Assembly: GCA_011048615.1 (NCBI GenBank)
Contig: DSDT01000334.1
Location: forward strand, 1 to 41,290
Reading direction: 5' to 3'
Length of the DNA stretch: 41,290 nt
DNA from: Chloroflexota bacterium
GTDB lineage: Bacteria > Chloroflexota > Anaerolineae > B4-G1
The notes beneath the pieces were generated by a model that was given only the letters and a program-made list of their open reading frames with translations, was not told the DNA's origin and ran no database searches. This document shows, piece after piece, positions 26,739 through 34,506 of this stretch. Numbering within the stretch: the stretch's first letter is position 1; every line of letters starts with the position of its first letter. Made by a program: the position numbers and the translations under genes.

Positions 26739-26886
26739 GCGGGTCTGCTTGACAGTGCTCACCCCAGACAATCTAACCGCTCTGGTCCGGTGGCGCGAGA
26801 ACGCCGGATTCTTGCGTTGGTAAGATGCCCTGCCAGCCCGCCCGAAATCGTCCGTCGAACTGGGTCAGTGGCTGGAGGAACTAGAA
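26710..26886 (+). pseudogene. Remnant of a GNAT (RimJ/RimL-like) N-acetyltransferase: only the N-terminal 58 or so codons, interrupted by in-frame TAA at 26821
   Basis: MNLDNLLRGERVCLTVLTPDNLTALVRWRENAGFLRW*DALPARPKSSVELGQWLEELE is a typical GNAT N-terminus. No acetyl-CoA-binding core follows. Confidence 0.55.
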
Positions 26887-26895
26887 GGGGGAACC

Positions 26896-27219
26896 ATGAT
26901 CTTGATGCTTCAAGTCGTCGCTGCGGTTGTGACCATCATTACCGGGATCATCTCCTTGTTTTGGCCGCGCTCGGTCACCGGTTTCACCGGCTCGAGTCCC
27001 AGCGGGCCGCGCGGCGTTACAGAGATCCGGGCTGTGTTAGGGGGCTTTTTCGTCGCGCTGGGGATGGCGCCGCTGGTGCTCAAAGCGCCGGCCGCTTATC
27101 AGATGCTCGTCGTCGCGGTGGTGCGCACGGTTTCGATGATCGTGGATCGGTCGGTCGTATCGTCCAACCTCATCAGTGCGGCTGTGGAGATCGTCTTGGG
27201 CGTGATCCTAGTTTTGTAA
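26896..27219 (+). CDS. DUF4345-like small membrane protein
   Basis: 107 aa with four hydrophobic segments (MILMLQVVAAVVTIITGIISLFWP...). GAAGGGGG RBS upstream. Confidence 0.65.
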   Translation: MILMLQVVAAVVTIITGIISLFWPRSVTGFTGSSPSGPRGVTEIRAVLGGFFVALGMAPLVLKAPAAYQMLVVAVVRTVSMIVDRSVVSSNLISAAVEIVLGVILVL

Positions 27220-27287
27220 TGCCGATACCTGTCCACCGGTTTCACTACTGGACACTTTTGGCTACGAGGATAGTAACCGTTCAGACA

Positions 27288-27386
27288 TCAGGTGCGACGG
27301 ACTTGTTCGCGCGATTTGGACGGCTTGCCAATACCGGTTACGCATCGAATCAGCCTGATTTTGTGGCAAAAGTGCGTCGCACCTGA
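27288..27386. repeat. 99-nt long-stem inverted repeat / candidate structured RNA
   Basis: TCAGGTGCGACG (27288-27299) pairs perfectly with CGTCGCACCTGA (27375-27386). After one G-G mismatch, ACTT/AAGT (27301-04 / 27370-73) pair. Nested TTGCCA/TGGCAA (27325-30 / 27364-69) and AATCA/TGATT (27348-52 / 27356-60) follow. Confidence 0.5.
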
Positions 27387-27652
27387 ACGCTTGCCGAGGA
27401 TATTCTGTTCTATTTTGGCTGCAGGCGGATCATAATCCGCCGCCCATCTGCCTCATCGAGCGATTGACGCGGCCTGGAAACCGCCGGATTGTTATCCGGC
27501 AAGAGCAAGGGCAAGTGTCCGGTAGTGAACGGTATAAAGGGATTGCGCCGGTGCGCAACTCCTGGTCTGGCATACCTGGAACAGCGTCCAGCGCGACTAT
27601 TGTACCAGGCGTACGTCGAATTTCAACTCCAATGGAACCAAGTCACTATGGC

Positions 27653-27681
27653 TTGACAAATGGCTAGTACTGTGGTACGAT
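27653..27681 (+). promoter_or_regulatory. Sigma70-type promoter for the LacI-family gene (TTGACA-17-TGgTACGAT)
   Basis: Consensus -35 TTGACA is at 27653-27658, the 17-nt spacer ends in TGG, and TACGAT is at 27676-27681. ATG 27728 follows about 40 nt after the predicted TSS. Confidence 0.55.
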
Positions 27682-27727
27682 TGAATCGTTTTAATGCAAC
27701 CGATTTAATTCCCAATTTTACATCAAA

Positions 27728-28759
27728 ATGATCTCCAAAAAGACAGCTACAATCCGGGATGTGGCGCACAAGGCCGGTGTATCTCCGGGCACGGTGTCAC
27801 GGGCCATTAATAAAAGTCCTCTGGTCAGTGAGGAGACGCGTCGGCGGATTATGGATGTCGTCCGAGAACTTGATTATGTGCCCAACATTGCTGCTCGACG
27901 ACTCTCCACGGGCAAAGCTCTGGCTGTGGTCGTGATCGTTCCATTTTTCACCCGACCCTCAGTTTCAGAACGACTGAATGGGGCGCTGAGTCTGTTATCT
28001 CAGACGCAGTACGATTTGATTATTCACAACATCGAGTCGCCCGAGCAGCGGGCTATCTGCTTTGATACCATTCCCCGGCGGGACCAGGCGGATGGGGTGC
28101 TGATCATTTCGATCTCTCCGACGGACGATGAAGTGCCCAAGCTGGCCCAGGCGGAGGTGCCGATTGTGTTGATTGATACCAGTCAGCCGGAACTGACGAT
28201 GTTTCCCCGTGTGACGGTGGACGACGTCGCTGGGGGGCGGATGGCGACCGAGTATCTGATCCAATTGGGACATACCCGGATTGGGTTTATCGGTGACGTG
28301 ATGGAAAACCCCTTCAATTTCAGGGCCAGCCGTGATCGTTACACGGGGTATTTGGAGGCGCTGGGGCAAGCCGGGATCGCAGCCCGACAGGAATATCATG
28401 GCGAGGGGGAGCATGACCGGTGCGAAGCCCGGCGCCTGGCCAGAGAGATGTTGGCGCGGCCAGAGCGCCCGACGGCGGTATTCGCCTCCAGCGATACGCA
28501 GGCGGTAGGGGTGCTCGAGGCGGCCCGCGAGATGGGGCTGTGCGTGCCCGAGGACCTGTCGGTAATCGGCTACGACGACATCGAAGTGGCCGATATCTTG
28601 GGAGTGACCACGGTTCGTCAATTGTTGTTCGCCTCCGGGCAGCGGGGAGTGGAACTGCTCCTCGAGGCGTTAGAGAACCCCGAGTTCGAACCGGTGCACG
28701 AGGTGTTGCCTACGGAACTGGTGGTGCGTGGAACAACTGGGCCAGCCCTTGGAATTTGA
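27728..28759 (+). CDS. LacI family transcriptional regulator
   Basis: 343 aa. The HTH is TIRDVAHKAGVSPGTVSRAINKSPLVSEETRRRIMDVVRELDYVPNIAARRL. A periplasmic-binding-protein-like sugar-binding core follows. Confidence 0.92.
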   Translation: MISKKTATIRDVAHKAGVSPGTVSRAINKSPLVSEETRRRIMDVVRELDYVPNIAARRLSTGKALAVVVIVPFFTRPSVSERLNGALSLLSQTQYDLIIHNIESPEQRAICFDTIPRRDQADGVLIISISPTDDEVPKLAQAEVPIVLIDTSQPELTMFPRVTVDDVAGGRMATEYLIQLGHTRIGFIGDVMENPFNFRASRDRYTGYLEALGQAGIAARQEYHGEGEHDRCEARRLAREMLARPERPTAVFASSDTQAVGVLEAAREMGLCVPEDLSVIGYDDIEVADILGVTTVRQLLFASGQRGVELLLEALENPEFEPVHEVLPTELVVRGTTGPALGI

Positions 28760-28914
28760 GCGTGCCTCGCATCAAGCTGTGGGTAGGAAAGGGGGTGGTG
28801 CGCCTTTTTAGCATACGGCTGTTTTTGTCGAGTAAAACTGTAGAGTCGGTAACTTGGAATCGAGCGGTTGCTCGGCTTTGATGATTAGATTCAACGCATT
28901 AAGGAGGCAGCCAA

Positions 28915-30216
28915 GTGGAAACCAAACCCAGGACGTTTAGACGTTCAGTTGACGACGATCGCGTAATAGGCGGTGTATGCGACGGGTTGGCTGAACACTA
29001 CCAGCTTGATCCCGGTCGGGTGCGGTGGGCGTTTCTCATTCTCTCCCTGTTCTTTGGGCTCGGTATTGCGGCCTATATCAGTCTCTGGTTGGTCGTACCC
29101 GAACAGGAGCAGGTTGAGGAGGAAGGGGAAAGGCGTCCGACTGGTCTTGTGCCGTGGATTGTGCGCGTGCTGTTCTCTGTAGCCGTGCCCATCATATTTT
29201 TCATCGTCATGCGGGCCGGGTTTATCTGGCTTCGGGGAGGCGAGGCGCATCAATTGTTGATTGCCGTGGTGGCGATCATCTGGGGGGTGGGCGGTACAGC
29301 TCTGCTGTTCGTCATCGCCAACGCGGTAGTGGAACAGCTCCCCTCTCAGTGGACGGCGGCTATTCAGCCGTTCGTTTTTGTCGGCCCAGGATTGGCTATC
29401 CTGGGCTGGTATCTGTTCATGCCTGTGGTCCGGAGCCTGTGGGCCAGCTTTTTCGATGCTCCCACAAAGCAGTTTGTGGGGCTCGAGAATTACGTCTTTG
29501 TCTTTACCGACCGCACGATGCTCGAAGCCTTTCGTAACAACGTGCTGTGGTTGGTCATCGGGACCGGTTTGGCGGTCATCTTTGGCCTGATCATCGCGGT
29601 TCTGGCTGATCGCACCCATCCGGTGTTCGAAGTCATCACCAAGTCGTTGATCTTTTTGCCGATGGCGATCTCCTTCGTCGGCGCTGGCGTGATCTGGCGC
29701 TTGGTTTATGCTTTCAAGCCGGCTGGACAGCCGCAGATCGGTCTCCTCAACGCTGTGGTGACCGCTTTTGGCGCGGATCCGATCGGGTGGATCTCGGAAG
29801 CGCCGATAAATACGATCCTCTTTATCATAGTGTTCATCTGGATGCAGGCTGGCTATGCGATGGTCATCCTGTCGGCTGCGCTGAAAGGGGTGCCTCAGGA
29901 GCTCTTGGAGGCTGGACGGATTGATGGCGCGACGGAAGTCCAGATTTTCTTGAACATCATGGTCCCCTACATTCAGGGCACCATTATCACCGTCTCGACT
30001 TCGATTCTGCTGCTGACTTTGAAGGTCTTTGACATTGTGTGGACAATGACCGGGGGGCAGTACGGGTCTCACGTGATCGGGACCGTGTTCTTCAGACAGA
30101 TGTTTACCTTCGTTCACAATGGACGAGCGTCGGCTATCGCTATGGTCCTGCTCATCCTGGTTATACCAGTGATGTGGTATAACTTGAAGCAGTTCCAGGA
30201 ACAGGAGGCATTCTAA
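28915..30216 (+). CDS. Carbohydrate ABC transporter permease (MalF/UgpA type) with an N-terminal PspC domain
   Basis: GTG start after AAGGAGG. Residues 8-60 (FRRSVDDDRVIGGVCDGLAEHYQLDPGRVRWAFLILSLFFGLGIAAYISLWLVVPEQ) match the PspC signature. The EAA loop is LEAGRIDGATEVQIFLNIMVPYI. Confidence 0.88.
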   Translation: METKPRTFRRSVDDDRVIGGVCDGLAEHYQLDPGRVRWAFLILSLFFGLGIAAYISLWLVVPEQEQVEEEGERRPTGLVPWIVRVLFSVAVPIIFFIVMRAGFIWLRGGEAHQLLIAVVAIIWGVGGTALLFVIANAVVEQLPSQWTAAIQPFVFVGPGLAILGWYLFMPVVRSLWASFFDAPTKQFVGLENYVFVFTDRTMLEAFRNNVLWLVIGTGLAVIFGLIIAVLADRTHPVFEVITKSLIFLPMAISFVGAGVIWRLVYAFKPAGQPQIGLLNAVVTAFGADPIGWISEAPINTILFIIVFIWMQAGYAMVILSAALKGVPQELLEAGRIDGATEVQIFLNIMVPYIQGTIITVSTSILLLTLKVFDIVWTMTGGQYGSHVIGTVFFRQMFTFVHNGRASAIAMVLLILVIPVMWYNLKQFQEQEAF

Positions 30217-31121
30217 TGGGTGGCAGCGCAAAACAACAAAAGCTGATTGGGAGCGTGCTAGTGTATGGGGTGCTGATCATTCTGTGCGTCATCTGGACAC
30301 TGCCGACGCTGGGAACTCTTGTCACGTCGTTCCGCCATCGGGATGATACGAAAAGGACGGGGTGGTGGACGGCGTTCAGCGATCCTAACTTTACGATGAG
30401 CAACTATCAGCAGGCCGTCGCCGGCAAAGAGGTCGAGATCGTTGATTCGAGCGGCAACCGGGTCACGGTCGCCGGCAAGGACATGTCCCAGGCCTTTATC
30501 AACAGCCTGACGGTCACGATCCCATCGGTGGTGATCCCTCTGTTGATCGCCGCCTTTGCGGCTTATGGGTTTGCCTGGTTGAACTTTCCAGGCCGCAAGT
30601 TTTTCTTTACCTTCGTGGTGGCGCTGATGGTCGTGCCCCTGCAAATCGCCCTGGTCCCGATTCTGCGGGACTATAAAACCCTGGACTTGAATGGAACCTG
30701 GCTGGCCATCTGGTTGGCCCACACCGGGTTTGGCCTGACGCTGTCCATCTACCTGTTGTTCAATTACATCAGTACGCTGCCTCGAGACATCCTCGAGTCG
30801 GCCTTTATGGATGGCGCTTCCCAGTTCACCATCTTCACTCGCCTGATCCTGCCGCTCTCGATCCCGGCGATTGCATCGCTCACCATCCTCCAGTTCTTGT
30901 GGGTGTGGAACGACTTTTTGGTCGCTACGGTATTTCTTGGCACCAAGAACGAGGTCATGGTGTTGACCCAGTACTTGCAGGGCCTGGTGGGCGAGCGGGC
31001 ATCGGATTGGCACCTGCTTACCGCTGGGGCGTTCGTCACGATGATCGTACCCCTGATCGTCTTTTTCGCGCTGCAGCGTTTCTTTGTGCGCGGTATGTTG
31101 GCCGGTTCGGTGAAAGGGTAG
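30216..31121 (+). CDS. Carbohydrate ABC transporter permease (MalG/UgpE type)
   Basis: 301 aa. The EAA loop is LESAFMDGASQFTIFTRLILPLSIPAI. The ATG overlaps the previous TAA (TAATG). Confidence 0.9.
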   Translation: MGGSAKQQKLIGSVLVYGVLIILCVIWTLPTLGTLVTSFRHRDDTKRTGWWTAFSDPNFTMSNYQQAVAGKEVEIVDSSGNRVTVAGKDMSQAFINSLTVTIPSVVIPLLIAAFAAYGFAWLNFPGRKFFFTFVVALMVVPLQIALVPILRDYKTLDLNGTWLAIWLAHTGFGLTLSIYLLFNYISTLPRDILESAFMDGASQFTIFTRLILPLSIPAIASLTILQFLWVWNDFLVATVFLGTKNEVMVLTQYLQGLVGERASDWHLLTAGAFVTMIVPLIVFFALQRFFVRGMLAGSVKG

Positions 31122-31124
31122 AAT

Positions 31125-31718
31125 GTGGAACTTGGGAGAGCAGGGTTGTCTGCACAGCAGCAGCCCTGCTCTGTTCGTGATAATTCAGCCTCGATTGTTA
31201 CACAGAGAACCACAGCGCACGTCACAGAGGGACGCAGTGAGATAGTGGACCAAGAGAGACCTAGAGAAGAACAACCCTCTTTCGACTGGGAACTGTGGAT
31301 CAAGTGGGTGCTGGTCAGCCTGTTGGGCTGGGCCATCGGGTGGGCGTTTCTACCTGCCGTAGCGATTGGAATCGTGGTAGGGCTGTTGCAATGGCTCGTG
31401 CTGCGGTCCCTGTTCCGGCAGGCCGGCTGGTGGGTCCTGCTCAGCGCGGCCGGCTGGGCGACGGGATATGCGGTGTTCGAGGCGCTGCAGCTCGACATCA
31501 TCGTGTTTCAGGGCATGATGATTGGAACTGTGATGGGGCTTGTGCAGTGGTCCGTTCTACGGCAGTGGGTTCATCGGGCCAGTTGGTGGATTCCCATCAG
31601 CGGCCTGGGTTGGGCCGTGGGACCGATTCTGAGCCCTCTGTTGACGGGCGCTGTGGTGGGCGCCGTGACCGGGTTTGCACTGGAAATGCTGCTGCGACAT
31701 CAGCACGAGGAAGTGTAA
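31125..31718 (+). CDS. Hypothetical membrane protein with an internal duplicated GW...QW.VLR...WW motif
   Basis: 197-aa ORF (GTG 31125). The N-terminal 55 or so aa are hydrophilic, and an in-frame GTG at 31245 is an alternative start. Two copies of G.V.GL.QW.VLR......WW....S..GWA.G are present. Confidence 0.55.
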   Translation: MELGRAGLSAQQQPCSVRDNSASIVTQRTTAHVTEGRSEIVDQERPREEQPSFDWELWIKWVLVSLLGWAIGWAFLPAVAIGIVVGLLQWLVLRSLFRQAGWWVLLSAAGWATGYAVFEALQLDIIVFQGMMIGTVMGLVQWSVLRQWVHRASWWIPISGLGWAVGPILSPLLTGAVVGAVTGFALEMLLRHQHEEV

Positions 31719-31740
31719 CTTGGAGTATTAGGAGGAAAAG

Positions 31741-32976
31741 ATGCTCGAAAAGGTCGAAATAGGGACCAAACGACTGGCTGATTACGAGCCGATTGTCGGG
31801 GCAGAGGTGATCGAGCAGATCCGCACGTTGGCCGAACCGCTGCGCGGAGCGCGAGTCGTGCACGTCAATGCGACCGCCTTTGGCGGCGGAGTGGCCGAGA
31901 TGCTCTACACGTTGACGCCGTTGATGCGGGACGTGGGCTTGGATGCCGAGTGGCAGGTGATTGCGGGGGAGGACGAGTTTTTCAACGTCACCAAGGCCTG
32001 TCACAATGGACTACAGGGCATGGACATCCCCTTCACCGACGACATGCAGGCTATCTGGCGGCGGTATAACGAGATGAACGCGACCAGGTTTGAGGGGGCG
32101 TATGACTTTGCCATCATCCACGACCCCCAGCCGGCCGGTATGTTGCATTATCACGGACGCGGAGGGGGGAAGCACTGGATCTGGCGCTGTCACATTGACA
32201 CCTCCCATCCCAATCCCAACTATTGGGATTTCTTTGCCCCGTACATCTCTGAATACGAGGCTGGGGTGTTCACGATGGCGCAGTATGTGGGCCCGGGCGT
32301 GGACTTTGAACACCTGGCCCTCATCACGCCCACCATTGACCCCCTCTCGCCCAAAAATATGCCGATGCCGGAGGCCGATGCCCGCGAGGTCCTGGCCCGT
32401 TTCGGTATCGCCGTGGACCGCCCGCTGATCACCCAGGTGAGCCGCTTTGACCCGTGGAAAGACCCCCTGGGCGTGATTGACGCCTACACCATCGTCAAGG
32501 AGCAGATCCCAGAGGTACAACTGGCCCTGGTCGGCTCGATGGCCTCGGACGATCCCGAAGGATGGTATTACCTGGACAAGACCATCCGGCACGCCGGCGA
32601 GGACATGGACATCCACATCTTGCACAATTTTCACGGTGTGGGTGGACGGGAGGTCGGCGCGTTCCAGACCATCAGCGACGTCGTGATTCAGAAATCCACG
32701 CGCGAGGGGTTTGGATTGGTGGTGACAGAGCCGCTGTGGAAGGGGCGACCGGTGGTGGGCGGGAACGTGGGCGGTATCCCCCTGCAGATCATTGACGGCA
32801 AGACCGGCTTTTTGGTGGACTCGGTGACCGAATGCGCGGAAAAGACGCTATACCTCGTGCAACATCCCGAGGAAGCGGATCGGATGGGACAGGCCGGGCG
32901 GGAGCACGTGCGTCAGAATTTCCTCACCACGCACCACCTGATGGACTATCTGAGCCTGTTTCACGAGCTGGTGTAG
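31741..32976 (+). CDS. treT: Trehalose glycosyltransferring synthase (TreT-type GT4)
   Basis: 411 aa. The N-terminus LADYEPIVGAEVIEQIRTLAEPLRGARVVHVNATAFGGGVAEMLYTLTPLMRDVGLDAEWQVIAGEDEFFNVTKACHNGLQG closely parallels archaeal TreT. AGGAGG RBS upstream. Confidence 0.85.
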   Translation: MLEKVEIGTKRLADYEPIVGAEVIEQIRTLAEPLRGARVVHVNATAFGGGVAEMLYTLTPLMRDVGLDAEWQVIAGEDEFFNVTKACHNGLQGMDIPFTDDMQAIWRRYNEMNATRFEGAYDFAIIHDPQPAGMLHYHGRGGGKHWIWRCHIDTSHPNPNYWDFFAPYISEYEAGVFTMAQYVGPGVDFEHLALITPTIDPLSPKNMPMPEADAREVLARFGIAVDRPLITQVSRFDPWKDPLGVIDAYTIVKEQIPEVQLALVGSMASDDPEGWYYLDKTIRHAGEDMDIHILHNFHGVGGREVGAFQTISDVVIQKSTREGFGLVVTEPLWKGRPVVGGNVGGIPLQIIDGKTGFLVDSVTECAEKTLYLVQHPEEADRMGQAGREHVRQNFLTTHHLMDYLSLFHELV

Positions 32977-33138
32977 AGTTGATGGCGCGTCTGCACCGTC
33001 CCCGGTTGGTGGTATCATCTCCATATTTCTGGGAACGCCGTCATCTGGAAGGTCCAAAGGCCAGGATACTGCAAGCCTTTATCATCTCGCCCCAACTTGT
33101 TGAAAAGATGGCATGGGTGGGCCTTGTCGAGATGTGAG

Positions 33139-34506
33139 ATGCGAGCATCATTCCTGACCTCGCGCCGAAAGCATGCGCTGATGATCACCAACCACGGCGT
33201 CCACCAGTGGCAGGTGACGCCGGGGCTGCCGGATACCGGGGGACAGAACGTATTCGTCAACCGGTTTACCGGGGAGTTGGCCCGGCTGAGCTTTCGGGTG
33301 ACCGTCGTCAACCGGGGCGGCTACCTCCATCCTGTGACGGGCCGGCCACAGCGGGGCGTGTGCTACGGCGACGAGCAGCGCCGCATCCTCTACCTGGAGG
33401 ATGGTGGCGACGAGTTCGTCCGCAAGGAGGAGATGGCGGCCCACATCCCGGCCCTGGCGGCGGCGTTGACGCGCTTCCTGGAGGCTGAGAACACGCCTGT
33501 AGACCTGATCTTTTCTCACTACTGGGACGGGGCCAGGATCGGCCAGTTGTACCGGCAGACGCTGCCGGCGCCTGTCCCGCACATCTGGACGCCGCACTCG
33601 CTCGGCGCGATCAAAAAGCGGAATGTCTCCCCAGGGCAGTGGGCGGAACTGCGAATCGAAGAGCGCATCACCCTCGAGCGGGACTTGCTGACGGGGGGCG
33701 AGCTGGACGGCGTCGCGGCGACCTCATCCGCCCTCCGGCAGGCGCTGCGCGACGATTACGGCTATGCCGGGCCGATTTACTTTCTGCCTCCCTGCGTGGA
33801 TCCGGACCGGTTTCACCCCCGCCAGGTGACGGACACGGACCCGATTTGGGAGTTCTTGAGCCAGCGGTCGGGGTTGACGCCGGCCGAAGTGCGCCGCTCC
33901 CGGATCGTCACCGAGATCAGCCGCACCGATACGACCAAGCGCAAGAAGGTGTTGATCGAGGCCTTTGCCCTCCTCCAGCAGCGGATTCCCGACAGCTTTT
34001 TGATCGTCTCGATTGACCAGAGCCAGGCCGGCCTGGCCAGGGATCTGGTGGGCCTGATTCGGACGTTAGGCGTGGGAGATCGAGTCGCAGCGCTTGGCTC
34101 CGTCTGGGACCTGCTGCCGACCATCTATGCGGTGACGGACGTGTACTGCACCCCCTCGGTGATGGAGGGATTCGGCATGTCGGCCCAGGAGGCCGCTGCT
34201 ACTGGCGTGCCCGTGGTGTCCAGCCCTCTGGTTCCCTTCGTGACCGAGTACCTGATGGGAAAAGATGTGAAGGCGCAAGGGGATCTCTCTGTGCGGGTGG
34301 GGCAGGGCGCCATCGTCGTGCCGGTGGACGATGTGATGGGATTCTCCCGTGCCCTGGAACTGCTGCTGACCGATGACCCGCTGCGAGAGAGGATGGGAGC
34401 GTATGCCTATCACATCACGCTTCCTTACTTTACCTGGCAGAGTCGAGTGGCCGATTTCCTGACCCAGGCTGGCCTGGGCGATGCCGGTGTGGGAGTGGGC
34501 GTATGA
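33139..34506 (+). CDS. GT4 glycosyltransferase of the sucrose-phosphate-synthase-like clade (paralogue 1)
   Basis: ALMITNHGVHQWQVTPGLPDTGGQNVFVN and C-terminal TPSVMEGFGMSAQEAAATGVPVV (E-x7-E region). Start taken at ATG 33139; 33181 is possible. The stop overlaps the next ATG (ATGA). Confidence 0.75.
   Translation: MRASFLTSRRKHALMITNHGVHQWQVTPGLPDTGGQNVFVNRFTGELARLSFRVTVVNRGGYLHPVTGRPQRGVCYGDEQRRILYLEDGGDEFVRKEEMAAHIPALAAALTRFLEAENTPVDLIFSHYWDGARIGQLYRQTLPAPVPHIWTPHSLGAIKKRNVSPGQWAELRIEERITLERDLLTGGELDGVAATSSALRQALRDDYGYAGPIYFLPPCVDPDRFHPRQVTDTDPIWEFLSQRSGLTPAEVRRSRIVTEISRTDTTKRKKVLIEAFALLQQRIPDSFLIVSIDQSQAGLARDLVGLIRTLGVGDRVAALGSVWDLLPTIYAVTDVYCTPSVMEGFGMSAQEAAATGVPVVSSPLVPFVTEYLMGKDVKAQGDLSVRVGQGAIVVPVDDVMGFSRALELLLTDDPLRERMGAYAYHITLPYFTWQSRVADFLTQAGLGDAGVGVGV

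Noticed and set aside
27464-27667. 67-aa ORF inside the 500-bp gap before lacI
   Set aside because: It has no RBS, an implausible composition (MTRPGNRRIVIRQEQG...) and overlaps hairpins and the lacI -35 box. The region is treated as non-coding.
27682-27708. Possible LacI operator (TTGAATCG-N12-CCGATTTAA) at the lacI start site, with related TTGGAATCG / GCATTAA words at 28855-28900
   Set aside because: Only 5-bp arms (AATCG/CGATT) are truly palindromic, and the spacing differs between the two sites. Neither resembles the usual 14-20 bp CG-centred LacI-family palindrome. The evidence is too weak to call.
33010-33018. TGgTATCAT extended -10-like element between treT and the SPS-like gene
   Set aside because: There is no acceptable -35, and the gene may simply be co-transcribed with treT. 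Kept as a note only.
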